From IMG/VR virus record IMGVR_UViG_3300025162_000048: a stretch of DNA of 64,000 nt. The stretch is one strand, 5' to 3'. The DNA is from an uncultured virus (IMG/VR IMGVR_UViG_3300025162_000048) (taxonomy: Duplodnaviria; Heunggongvirae; Uroviricota; Caudoviricetes). This document shows positions 1 to 9,488 of the stretch, piece by piece. Position 1 is the stretch's first letter. Each line of letters starts with the position of its first letter. Both the position numbers and the translations under genes were made by a program. Below the pieces are notes generated by a model. It saw only the letters and a list, made by a program, of their open reading frames with translations, did not search any database and had not been told where the DNA came from.

Positions 1-151
1 ATAAAGAACCCTGGGGATGAACCTGAAACCCGGCTTTGTATAAAGCGTTGGGAATTTCCTTTTGATAAAGGTCGGTTATATCAGTTTGAGTTTTACCGTC
101 ACCTTTCATGGTCTTTGTTGAAATAACGAAAGCAATAGCATATTGTGCCAT
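1..151 (-). CDS. vapD: VapD-like (Cas2-fold) nuclease, partial (runs off window start)
   Basis: Not in ORF track. ATG at 151 after AGGAGG (160-165); reads MAQYAIAFVISTKTMKGDGKTQTDITDLYQKEIPNALYKAGFQVHPQGSL, resembling the VapD YAIAF...GF...QGS pattern. Confidence 0.6.
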   Translation of the reverse strand, partial: MAQYAIAFVISTKTMKGDGKTQTDITDLYQKEIPNALYKAGFQVHPQGSL

Positions 152-172
152 ATTATAGTCCTCCTATGACTA

Positions 173-201
173 CTTATCGGCATTACCAAGAAAAACTTAA
201 G
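173..201 (-). promoter_or_regulatory. sigma-28 (FliA)-type promoter
   Basis: CTTAAG-N14-GCCGATAAG, close to consensus TAAAGTTT-N11-GCCGATAA, just upstream of the vapD-like RBS. Confidence 0.7.
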
Positions 202-346
202 TAAAACCTTTCGGATTTATCATAACATAAACAAGATATTCTGTAAACTGCATTTTGTATAAAGATGATTTATGGGTTGTCTTAAAATACATTAATTTCT
301 TCAAGCCTAATAAAAGGGGTCAGCTAGTATTTTAACCTCAAATGAT

Positions 347-787
347 ATGCAAATAAAAGACAAACTTATATGGGAAAAATCAAATCCGATGCCAAGAAAT
401 AGAGACAGAAGATATATTGCCAATATTGAAATGGCTTCTTGGTATGTTAAAAAAGATAAATGGACTTTTAATAGACAAAGCATTATCTACGATACTTCCG
501 TTCTAAAGTTTCCTGTAGAATCAGGAGGTGGCTTTGAACGATACCATCCAAACCAAAAAAATATAAAAATGCTTGAAGATATTCTTAAAAGACATAGTAA
601 AACAAGGGACTTAATTATAGATCCTTTTATGGGATCAGGAAGCACAGGAATAGCCTGCATCAATACAAATCGAAATTTTATCGGTATTGAAAAAGATGGT
701 AAATATTTTGATATAGCTAATTCACGGATTGAGAAGTCTCTTCAACAAATAAAACAGGTTTCCCTTCCCAATTGTTACAAAACCTAG
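347..787 (+). pseudogene. N-terminally truncated N4C/N6A DNA methyltransferase
   Basis: Has HPNQK and SAM-binding DPFMGSGSTG but no DPPY/SPPY catalytic motif; in-frame TAA at 311-313 prevents upstream extension. Confidence 0.6.
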
Positions 788-1184
788 TATTCATTTCAAA
801 GTCTGCTTCTGGGAGATTTTCAAACCAGAGATCGCTATCCGAGACGTTCTTCAGACTGTTCATATCCTTGACGGGCAATCCAATAACACACTTCGCAGGC
901 TCAAATAAAAGTGCAACTTCATTGTCTAATCCAGTTTTGTCTTGACGGCCCATATAATAATCTTCAGCAAATTGACGGCTGATATGGAGCGTTTGATAAT
1001 CAGCACCTAAGTCTAAAAAATATAATAGACCAATATTAGCCAGCCTATTACTAACAAATTCCCAGTCATCTTTGCTATTAAATTGTTTTCGAAACTCAAG
1101 TGCATCCTGTTGGTAGTTTTTACCAGATATATTTTTCAGTATTGTTTCCAATAATTTCCAGCGTTTTGATGTGTATTGAATCAT
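717..1184 (-). CDS. hypothetical protein
   Basis: 155-aa ORF coupled to the end of the head morphogenesis gene. Confidence 0.6.
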   Translation of the reverse strand: MIQYTSKRWKLLETILKNISGKNYQQDALEFRKQFNSKDDWEFVSNRLANIGLLYFLDLGADYQTLHISRQFAEDYYMGRQDKTGLDNEVALLFEPAKCVIGLPVKDMNSLKNVSDSDLWFENLPEADFEMNTRFCNNWEGKPVLFVEETSQSVN

Positions 1185-2359
1185 GGTAATGCTGCTGACC
1201 TTTCCACTATTATCCGTTCATTGTCGGTGTTTAATTTCACGAGATCACCGTCATTATCAACAGTAAATCCTTTGGGAATATAGACTAAGGTGCAAAAACA
1301 ATTAGGGTGAATTGGGGAAGGTGTTAATATCCAGTCTCTTCTTTTTCTTCCAATATTATAACCAACTGGCTTAATATCTTTTAATCTATAAATCTTTAAA
1401 GAACCATCAGGATGACGACTAAATTGCTCACATTCCTTACAACAGCGAGAAGAACGAACATTAACACTGGCCACCAGCATTTCATCGTCCTCGCTGCCAA
1501 AGACTTCTTGCATCGCCAAATGACTTCCAGCACCACTTGCCATTCCGACTTCTGTATTGACTAAACGTTCCCAGTCCTTCCCGTAATCTCTAGTTGTATC
1601 GATTAGATTTTGTTTCATTTCCACGAGAGACATTTTCTTTTCGACTACGTTTCTGACTGATTGTGCGATGATTTTTTGTTTTTCTTCAATGCTCTTAATT
1701 TGATTAGCAACCAGATCACGATCTTCCAAAAGATTATGAAAATCTTTATGAGTCTCATTAATGTTTTCATTATTAAACTCCTCTATCTGGTCTTGAATGT
1801 TTTGAAGGACTCTGTTTTTATAAGTCAATAAACTTTGGTCTACCCATTTCCCAGATCGTTCATTCACAAAATCAAGTGTGTACTTCAAAGCATTATTATT
1901 TATTTTGGGTGCTGGCTTTGCTTTAATTGTTTCATAAAGCTCGCGGTGATTATCAATGGCATTTAAAAATGTCCCAAAGACAACACCAACAGGCAATATG
2001 TCCTTTAATTTTAAAGCTTCGACTATATCTTCAACATCCTTACCAGACGCTTTGCCCATGACCATCCATTTAATGGCTTGTAAATATTTGTCGATAAGAT
2101 TTTCAGTGAACTTAAGGTCGATTTCAATTCTTGGAATCTCGCCGGTGAAGCCTCTTTTGCTTGCCGTTCCTAGCAGTTTCCTTATCGTTTCCGGATCGCT
2201 TTTAGCCAGTTTTTCTCGTTTAAACAGTTTCAAAAGAGCCTCGACCATTTTATCAGTGACTAGATCAAATCCTTCTTGGAGTAAAAGCTCTTGTTCTTCC
2301 AAAAATTTATTGTGTTTATAACAAGGAAGTTCTTTCTTCTTTATTTTATTTATTGTCAT
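1181..2359 (-). CDS. MuF/SPP1 gp7-like head morphogenesis protein
   Basis: WERLVNTE, CCKEC and PIHPNCFCTL motifs; downstream of portal; start moved to ATG 2359 behind GAGGA. Confidence 0.75.
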   Translation of the reverse strand: MTINKIKKKELPCYKHNKFLEEQELLLQEGFDLVTDKMVEALLKLFKREKLAKSDPETIRKLLGTASKRGFTGEIPRIEIDLKFTENLIDKYLQAIKWMVMGKASGKDVEDIVEALKLKDILPVGVVFGTFLNAIDNHRELYETIKAKPAPKINNNALKYTLDFVNERSGKWVDQSLLTYKNRVLQNIQDQIEEFNNENINETHKDFHNLLEDRDLVANQIKSIEEKQKIIAQSVRNVVEKKMSLVEMKQNLIDTTRDYGKDWERLVNTEVGMASGAGSHLAMQEVFGSEDDEMLVASVNVRSSRCCKECEQFSRHPDGSLKIYRLKDIKPVGYNIGRKRRDWILTPSPIHPNCFCTLVYIPKGFTVDNDGDLVKLNTDNERIIVERSAALP

Positions 2360-2822
2360 TAGATTCCTCTGCACCATTAAATATTTTACCCAGCTCCTCA
2401 ATCACTTCTGTTGTGAATGTTCCTATTGCATAAATAGTATCGTCCATATTTCCTTGCTGAAGATCGGCGACGCACTCCAGCATCTCTTGTAATTCTGGAC
2501 TATTTTGCATAGCAATAAGTTTTTCCATTCCAAGTTTTTCGGTCTTTTCAACTTGACCAGAATTTATTGCCAATTGCTGTCCAATTTCTTTTGTGGTATG
2601 ACTAGAAAAAGAAGAGTTACGTATTTCATCAGCATAGACAAACCAACAAAAATTAGACATGACATCATTTACATACCAAGGACAGCCAGGTAAGTCTGGA
2701 AGTTCTCTTTTACCTGCCTGGATAATTTCTATTCTTAATAGGGCTAAAGAACAGGACTTAGGAGGCAAATTTTGAAGTTTTCTAGGACAATTATCATGAA
2801 AACGGCAAGTCTTTTGGGGCAT
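2346..2822 (-). CDS. Cys-rich protein with sigma70 region-4-like HTH
   Basis: N-terminal C/H cluster, GCPW, NFCW, then TTKEIGQQLAINSGQVEKTEKLGMEKL. Confidence 0.5.
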   Translation of the reverse strand: MPQKTCRFHDNCPRKLQNLPPKSCSLALLRIEIIQAGKRELPDLPGCPWYVNDVMSNFCWFVYADEIRNSSFSSHTTKEIGQQLAINSGQVEKTEKLGMEKLIAMQNSPELQEMLECVADLQQGNMDDTIYAIGTFTTEVIEELGKIFNGAEESNDNK

Positions 2823-3009
2823 TTTTTGCTTCCGCCATCATTTTAAGATAGTCTGGACTTTTTGATAATAAATAAACAACATGATCTTCAATAATGTCTA
2901 TTCTGGCCTTCAAAGTTGTACATGCTGCAAGGACTTCATGCAGCTTAGCTAAAATATGCTCGGCTGGATTTTGTTTTAGTAAATCTATCTCTTCTATTTT
3001 TTCTTCCAT
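2794..3009 (-). CDS. hypothetical protein
   Basis: AGGAG RBS, 71 aa. Confidence 0.6.
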   Translation of the reverse strand: MEEKIEEIDLLKQNPAEHILAKLHEVLAACTTLKARIDIIEDHVVYLLSKSPDYLKMMAEAKNAPKDLPFS

Positions 3010-3039
3010 CTTTTCTCCTTTTTATTGATTATTAGCTTT

Positions 3040-3228
3040 TCATTTAAAAGATTTGTCCCAACATTCCTGACATGTCCCAGAAATTAAAAGTTCTCTTTCG
3101 TCAGCGGATAATTTTGGCAAGGCGCGTTGAATGAGTTCGCCTGCTTTCCATTTTTTATAATAACCTTTTTCACTCACTTTGATGATGTGATATTTTTTAC
3201 AAAACACACAAGCAATACTTATCTCCAT
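3040..3228 (-). CDS. small phage CxxC/CxxC protein
   Basis: CVFC...GELIQRALPKLSADERELLISGTCQECWD. Confidence 0.65.
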   Translation of the reverse strand: MEISIACVFCKKYHIIKVSEKGYYKKWKAGELIQRALPKLSADERELLISGTCQECWDKSFK

Positions 3229-3325
3229 ATTTTTCCTAACCAGCTAAATTAACCATTATGCATGTTTCTTTATTTGATTATTAAATTTTAGAATAGGAAA
3301 GTCAAACCAGGAAAGGAAGCGGATC

Positions 3326-5326
3326 TCAAATCAAGTTTACCTTAAGCCAGTCTTCAAATAAAGTACGGTAACTACTTTTTTGTAATGGCTCTCCTTTTTT
3401 GCTTCGACGGTAAATATCTTTGAGACTTTCTGATTTCTTTTCGGGCTCATCATTACCTTGTGCTGGCGACGATTGCTGCTGCTGCTCCTGTTGTTGTCCT
3501 TGCTCTTGTGGCACCATACCTTGCAATTGCTGATCCTGCATTTGAGCCTGTTGTGCTGTCAGTGCGAATTGCATCTGGCTTTGTGCTTGTTGCTGATCCA
3601 CTGGAGTAATCTTTAATTGCTGGTAAACCTGGTTCATATTTGGGTCGATAATGAAATCATATGCCGGATTTTTCTCCGCATCTTTATCGCCAAAAAAGTA
3701 TTTTCGGTATTCCCAGTACTTCATGTTTTTCACTACAAATTGATTAAAGTGAGGGGCTAAAGGTGCATCACCAGCAAACGGAAATGGCTCGGTTCGATCT
3801 GAATCTGCCCACAAACTATTCATTGAAGCTGTAGTATTAAGCTCATTCATATTCCTGTTTACAATCTGTTCGCGAGTATCTTCACCCACGCCAGTATAAG
3901 AAAGACTGAATAAATCTTTTCCTTCCTTAAAATGATCGAAAACAATATCATTCAATCCATCATATATAACATCAAGTATGTTACGTAATCCAGTCTCTTC
4001 TCCGTATATAATTTCGTTTTGTTTTCCAGCCTGAGCCATTCCTCCTTGGCCTGACAATCCAAGATGTCCGTATCCCATCTCAAAAGAACTGATCTGAAAG
4101 CTGGAACATAATGCTCTAACGATGTGCTCCTCTAAATGAAGGAATTCTAAATCTTTTGGAGACTGATTAAGCGGAATAAAATTGGCTTTTACTGGGCCGC
4201 CGATTACTGGAATTACACTACTATTATCCGTTCGTGTCACAAAATTATGGAATTGTTGTCTAAAATCTTCAATGTCATCTTCGCTTAATTGTGCGGAAGG
4301 GCTTGTACTTTCTAGGACTATCATCCCTTTCGATGCCATTCCCTTAATAAATTGATTGCGTAAATACGTTAAAGTCTGTTGGTGCACATAGACCATATAG
4401 ACCGCCAGCTCAATAGGTGCCAACGGATAACCATTAAGATCAAAAAGTGCTTGGCTTTGGTAATTCCAGATAATCAGATCATCGGAAGTAAAGAAGTTTA
4501 TATCCTGGCCATCAACTCTCTGCACATAAGCAGTAGGACGACTTACAGGTTTCATTTCATTATATTCATCAGCATCTTGAAGAGACTGAAAATGTGTGTC
4601 CTGACTCGATGCAATATGAACAATCTCTCCATCTAAAACCCTAAATATAGTTTCAACAGGTACTGGCCGGAACATCAATGGCAATCCATTACCGTCGCGA
4701 ATAATTTGTGTAGCGCATCGACCGAATGTAAGTAAATTCCTAGTCTGTGCTTGCAAAAACTGATAAAGATTACAGTTCTTGTAGTCACTGTCCGCATAAG
4801 CATATATCAAATTTAAGGTTTCGGTGTCTTTTGTGCCACAGTGAACCACCCAATCTAAGATAGATTTAGACTGTTCATTCCTTATATGTTTGGCTCTTTC
4901 ATATTCTTCTTTAGAGTTGAATTCCTTGAGTGAAAGAGGCCGAAGTTCTCTTAGTTTGGTCCCCTTATCAAATTTAGATTCGGATGGTCTTCCTATTGCT
5001 GTGGTTTGAGATGTTCTTTTGCTTATGATTGCCGAAATGTAAGGATCGATAATGGATATTTCCCTTAATTCCGCATCACTTAGTCTTTTGAATCCCTTGA
5101 CTTCCACTGCACCATAAGAGGCTTGATGCATTTTTGTGCCAAAGACAATCTTAGATTTTGTAACCTTTTGTTCATCTACTTCTGGAAACTCTTTGGGATT
5201 AACAGATTTGCGCAATCCATCAATTAAAGCATCCTGGTTGTAAAATTCTGGCTCATTAGAAGTGATGAATGCTTCTTTTTTTCTTTTAGATTTCCTCAAG
5301 ACGCTTTTTTTCATTTTAATTATCAT
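3326..5326 (-). CDS. portal protein
   Basis: RNLLTFGR, GYPLAPIE, QFIKGMASKGMI, DLEFLHLEEHIVRALCSSFQISSFEMG; Q-rich C-terminus; downstream of terminase. Confidence 0.85.
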   Translation of the reverse strand: MIIKMKKSVLRKSKRKKEAFITSNEPEFYNQDALIDGLRKSVNPKEFPEVDEQKVTKSKIVFGTKMHQASYGAVEVKGFKRLSDAELREISIIDPYISAIISKRTSQTTAIGRPSESKFDKGTKLRELRPLSLKEFNSKEEYERAKHIRNEQSKSILDWVVHCGTKDTETLNLIYAYADSDYKNCNLYQFLQAQTRNLLTFGRCATQIIRDGNGLPLMFRPVPVETIFRVLDGEIVHIASSQDTHFQSLQDADEYNEMKPVSRPTAYVQRVDGQDINFFTSDDLIIWNYQSQALFDLNGYPLAPIELAVYMVYVHQQTLTYLRNQFIKGMASKGMIVLESTSPSAQLSEDDIEDFRQQFHNFVTRTDNSSVIPVIGGPVKANFIPLNQSPKDLEFLHLEEHIVRALCSSFQISSFEMGYGHLGLSGQGGMAQAGKQNEIIYGEETGLRNILDVIYDGLNDIVFDHFKEGKDLFSLSYTGVGEDTREQIVNRNMNELNTTASMNSLWADSDRTEPFPFAGDAPLAPHFNQFVVKNMKYWEYRKYFFGDKDAEKNPAYDFIIDPNMNQVYQQLKITPVDQQQAQSQMQFALTAQQAQMQDQQLQGMVPQEQGQQQEQQQQSSPAQGNDEPEKKSESLKDIYRRSKKGEPLQKSSYRTLFEDWLKVNLI

Positions 5327-6306
5327 CCTTCAATGGCACCCGCAAACTGACAACGTAAACTCACCGGTGATAAGGTGGTATTTGTTGCTGTTATTTGAGT
5401 TGTTTTTATCGTGCCAGTATATTGCCCATGATCTTCTCCTAGCTTTTCCATTACAAATCCTGGACTTCCATCAAAGGAAATCATAAGCTCACCAGAAGAA
5501 ATCAAATGAGCAAAACGAATAAAATAATCGAAGATCACAATGGCATTACTTGAATTGGTTAACGTTTCTGCAACAGAATAAGGATTAACAAACTCAATAT
5601 AGGTGTCAGTTATCCTTAATATTTGGAAAACACCCTGATTGTAATAGTTAAAATTACTGCCAGCAGCGATCTTAATATAATCACCTATCTTTGGCTTACT
5701 TGCTATTGGCTGAACAAATACTTCAAAAGCGCCTACAACAGAAAAGACATCAGGTTCTTCCCCTAACGTTCCTTCATCATTTATGACAATATATCCTGTA
5801 CCTTTAGACTGAATAGTAAATAACTTATCAGTATTAAATGAGGAAAAAGGTGAGGTGTAGGTGTCAGTATTTCTCTCAAGCCAAAGCTGGTCCCCTGTAA
5901 GGATTGACGCTGTATTAAATGATGAACCAGAAGTGGACATCAATTTCATGCTGCGCGGACCAACACGCACCATAGCCATATGTGTCGTATTGTCCACACC
6001 AATGGCTCTTACCGAACGGAACCCTGGATCAGACCCAACTCCTGTCCAGCTTAATCTCGCAATATCTTCTGTCTCTATTGGCCGTAAAACTTCAAAGACC
6101 GTTGTGTTTATTCCAGCCCCTAATATACGCTGAGTACTCACAACCAATTCACTCTCACCAGGCTGAATCATTGTCTCTAAACTGCGTACATTACTTACTG
6201 TCACCTGCTGGAAAACATCCGTAATGTCTGCAAGCCGTATTTTGGGATTTTCAACATTGGTATCTGCATAAAGCAAAACACCCGTCGTCATATTTAGAAA
6301 AGGCAT
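5323..6306 (-). CDS. putative beta-rich virion protein
   Basis: 327-aa ORF between terminase and portal. Confidence 0.55.
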   Translation of the reverse strand: MPFLNMTTGVLLYADTNVENPKIRLADITDVFQQVTVSNVRSLETMIQPGESELVVSTQRILGAGINTTVFEVLRPIETEDIARLSWTGVGSDPGFRSVRAIGVDNTTHMAMVRVGPRSMKLMSTSGSSFNTASILTGDQLWLERNTDTYTSPFSSFNTDKLFTIQSKGTGYIVINDEGTLGEEPDVFSVVGAFEVFVQPIASKPKIGDYIKIAAGSNFNYYNQGVFQILRITDTYIEFVNPYSVAETLTNSSNAIVIFDYFIRFAHLISSGELMISFDGSPGFVMEKLGEDHGQYTGTIKTTQITATNTTLSPVSLRCQFAGAIEG

Positions 6307-6344
6307 TATTTGATCTCCTATGGATATATTGCGATTTTATCACT

Positions 6345-8774
6345 TCAGAACTTGAAAAAGAATCCGCCTTTCTTTTTGTCCTTTTCATGGAATTTCTGGT
6401 TCAATTCAAAACTCGGTAATGGCTGGCCTACTGGAACTGAAAAAGGAATGGTAAATGTGTTGGCAAAGATATTCGGTATCCCATGCTCTCTCGCAAAATA
6501 TTCCTCAAACTGTTTCTTCGCCAACGCAATTTGAGTCTCTACAGTCCCATCCTTTGCTGCATCAAAAAGGTCACCTATGTTGGTTTCTTTCTTTTGTTTC
6601 GCCGCAAAATAGACATCAGACTCTTCAACAAAAGGGTCGAGGGCATAACGTGAACTGTCGCAAAAATGGTTCCATTCATTCTGTTCAAATTTGTCGAAGT
6701 CATATCCGGTTGGTGTCCGTGCGTGAGTCCAGTTCTGAAATTCTTCAATTACAAAAGCATGAAGTCTGTCCTCTAACATGCAGAAGTGAGACTTTTGAGT
6801 CGCAACATTCCATAGAAGCGAACGCATTTGGCTCACCCCCGTATCAATCTGTCTTGGCTTTGTGTCTCGAGCTGCAAAACCCTGCTTCGAAAAATAAGTA
6901 GGTGAAGCTCCGTCTGCCATATCAGGACAAATCAGATCAGGAGCAAAGATTTTTCCATAAGTGACACAAACGTAATTTGCCCAATCCTGATTTGAGTAAC
7001 CCGTCCTAGCCTCGGCATGTAAAAGAAAAACACGGTGTTCCTTGCGCTGATAACCCATCACCACCAGACAAGCCGGGTCCGTATAACCCCAGTCGATCCC
7101 CCAATGGATTTTCCAGCCATTCCTTTCCATCAAGGCATAAAGATCCTTCTTGGTGGGAATGACTAAAGCCCTTTCCTTTGAATCACCCTCTTTCAAGCAA
7201 AACTGGTAAGCCTCATCGGTCAGCTTCATCGGATTAAATGGTTCGCCGTGACTTATCCATTTGTAAGAATCCAGCGCGGTCTTCACATGAATGGCCGGAC
7301 TGAACATGGGGTAAACCAATCCAGTCGATTCTGGCTTCCAGTTGAGTATCTGCGCTATGATTTTTTTAACGTCCCTAACATCGTTTACGCGGCCTGTGAC
7401 GAACTTTGGGGTCCGTAAGGTAGGAGAAGTACCCTGCTGTTTGGGCGTTCGGCTTTGGCATACTACAAAAGCGCCACATTTTCGACAACCAGCATATGCA
7501 TTTACCTCAATATAATTTCCGCCCTTACTTTCTAGCCCTTCAGCCTCATGCTCCCAAAGGATTTCCAATGTGTCCCGGTTGATTGCGGCCTTAATTTTTG
7601 GAAGTTCTGGCTTGTGAATACTCTCTGGACATTTTTTCATGAAATCTGCAAGAGACCATTTGTGAAGTCGCACGGGCTCTGTATTTTCTTTTGGATTCTC
7701 TGCATCATCTATAAGGACTTGTAATGGACCATTGGCAAACTTTCTTGAACTTAAATAAATACTAATCGGATCAAACCCTTCCTTCATGGTCGGGTCAGCT
7801 ATGTTTGCCGCTTCTGACAATATATCTGGGTCTATTAATTCAACTTCGTCGGAAATTAAGCAACTACCGCGAGCACTGTTCGTTCCCTTTAAAGTCCCAA
7901 CGACAACCAGTACTTTCGCGTCTTTCTTGTCAGTAAAAGAATTGGCAGGAAGTTTTCTCAGTATTTTTTCGTCTTTATTGTTTATATCCGCATAGGGTGC
8001 CACTTCTGGAATCATTAAAAACTTATCCAGATATTTAATGCAAGCAGCCGACTGAGGTTTGATGGCCGCCATCTGAACACAATCACGCCGGAAATGAATC
8101 ATGGCATAGAAGTGAATTACCGCAGACATCAATGTATTATGCGTAACTAAACCATTCTGTAAACAATAAAGTGAAGTCGGAGAGTCTACAGTTATGTCCC
8201 AACAATGTTTTTTACCTGCTGGGATAACTTTAATACTTTTAACTGGAATAGTAAACTTTAAACCACACAGAATGTCATTCGGTTGCCAGTCTTTTACTTT
8301 TTTTACTTCCGTTGTGTTTATTAAAAATGGATGTTCTGGAGTACAAGACACTAAGGTTATATTGTTATAAATCAGATCAATACATTCTTGTTCTCCTTGA
8401 TCCCAAACTCCTATAACTTTTATTGGATTTCCATTTTCATCATAAACTGTATCTCCAATTTTTAAAGTCTGAATCTCTCTGGGACCAAAAGGTGTAGCCA
8501 CTAAAGTCCCTTCGGCATTGCACTTCATGCAGTTACGACTCGTGGCAACTACATGTCTTAAATATCCTGAATTTGTATGCATCGCAGAATAGACAGACCA
8601 CACAAAATCTAAAGCACTGGATGTTGACATTTCATCCACAGTATATCTTGGAACGTCAATATCTAGGAAAGTCTTGATATGAAGGTAAAGTTCTTCTTTA
8701 GTCTGACATGGCTGCCAAAATTCCCTACGCCTAATTTCTTCAGGAGATAATATAATGCTCGCTTGATCACTCAT
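6345..8774 (-). CDS. terL: terminase large subunit with intein
   Basis: Walker B LISDEVE, coupling motif YLSS, nuclease motifs WGIDWGYTDP and NHFCDSSRY. Confidence 0.9.
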   Translation of the reverse strand: MSDQASIILSPEEIRRREFWQPCQTKEELYLHIKTFLDIDVPRYTVDEMSTSSALDFVWSVYSAMHTNSGYLRHVVATSRNCMKCNAEGTLVATPFGPREIQTLKIGDTVYDENGNPIKVIGVWDQGEQECIDLIYNNITLVSCTPEHPFLINTTEVKKVKDWQPNDILCGLKFTIPVKSIKVIPAGKKHCWDITVDSPTSLYCLQNGLVTHNTLMSAVIHFYAMIHFRRDCVQMAAIKPQSAACIKYLDKFLMIPEVAPYADINNKDEKILRKLPANSFTDKKDAKVLVVVGTLKGTNSARGSCLISDEVELIDPDILSEAANIADPTMKEGFDPISIYLSSRKFANGPLQVLIDDAENPKENTEPVRLHKWSLADFMKKCPESIHKPELPKIKAAINRDTLEILWEHEAEGLESKGGNYIEVNAYAGCRKCGAFVVCQSRTPKQQGTSPTLRTPKFVTGRVNDVRDVKKIIAQILNWKPESTGLVYPMFSPAIHVKTALDSYKWISHGEPFNPMKLTDEAYQFCLKEGDSKERALVIPTKKDLYALMERNGWKIHWGIDWGYTDPACLVVMGYQRKEHRVFLLHAEARTGYSNQDWANYVCVTYGKIFAPDLICPDMADGASPTYFSKQGFAARDTKPRQIDTGVSQMRSLLWNVATQKSHFCMLEDRLHAFVIEEFQNWTHARTPTGYDFDKFEQNEWNHFCDSSRYALDPFVEESDVYFAAKQKKETNIGDLFDAAKDGTVETQIALAKKQFEEYFAREHGIPNIFANTFTIPFSVPVGQPLPSFELNQKFHEKDKKKGGFFFKF
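8136..8522 (-). mobile_element. 129-aa mini-intein in terminase Walker A
   Basis: Starts CNAEGTLV, block B CTPEHPFL, ends WDITVD...GLVTHN followed by Thr; no endonuclease domain. Confidence 0.9.
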
Positions 8775-8832
8775 AATAAATAGCCTTAAATATATTGTTT
8801 AAAGCTATTATAAGTGATTTATGGCAGGAATT

Positions 8833-8970
8833 CTAACCCACTGTTAAACATCCAGCATGTCTTAAGAAAAAACAATGACCACAGGATGGACAATAATGAG
8901 GAATATTATGCATATCTTCTGTGTCGTTTATATAAATGACAGCATTGCACTCATCACAAATATAAGTCAT
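8833..8970 (-). CDS. 45-aa zinc-ribbon protein
   Basis: Not in track: MTYICDECNAVIYINDTEDMHNIPHYCPSCGHCFFLRHAGCLTVG, starts 7 nt after the previous stop. Confidence 0.55.
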   Translation of the reverse strand: MTYICDECNAVIYINDTEDMHNIPHYCPSCGHCFFLRHAGCLTVG

Positions 8971-8976
8971 TCATTC

Positions 8977-9477
8977 TTATCCATTCAAAATAGCCGCTTT
9001 CTGTGCAGCCTCTTGTGCCAAAACACCCAATCTCCAAATACCAAACTCACTCGATGCAGTTAATTTTGGCTGCGCATATCCTAGCACGGTTGCTGTGTCT
9101 GCAAATATTGAACCTACATAAGAACTAGGATTTGTAACCATATCCTGATAAGTGGAATGTGCTGCCAAAATGAGAATACTCGAACCATTCCAGTCGGACA
9201 CATTGATTGTTATATCAGGATAAACAGTCTGTGCATGAGTTAGAATTGCTGTCCAAGTTTGAGTATTTAATGCTGATATTCTTGATGTCTTATCCGCAGT
9301 AGTTATTGCTTCTGTGTCATCTATAATGGCATAAACCCCATCAGTTAATAATACTTTTTTAAAAGTAATATCTGTTGAATTATCGACTTCCAATAAAATA
9401 AATCCTTCCGGAATAGAAATCGCACTAGCAGCGGATTGCGCTATTTTCATCGTATTTGTATTGATAACTAAAAACAT
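8977..9477 (-). CDS. putative tail fibre assembly/chaperone protein
   Basis: Small ORF directly after the distal fibre gene; position-based call. Confidence 0.4.
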   Translation of the reverse strand: MFLVINTNTMKIAQSAASAISIPEGFILLEVDNSTDITFKKVLLTDGVYAIIDDTEAITTADKTSRISALNTQTWTAILTHAQTVYPDITINVSDWNGSSILILAAHSTYQDMVTNPSSYVGSIFADTATVLGYAQPKLTASSEFGIWRLGVLAQEAAQKAAILNG

Positions 9478-9488
9478 AAATACTCCTT

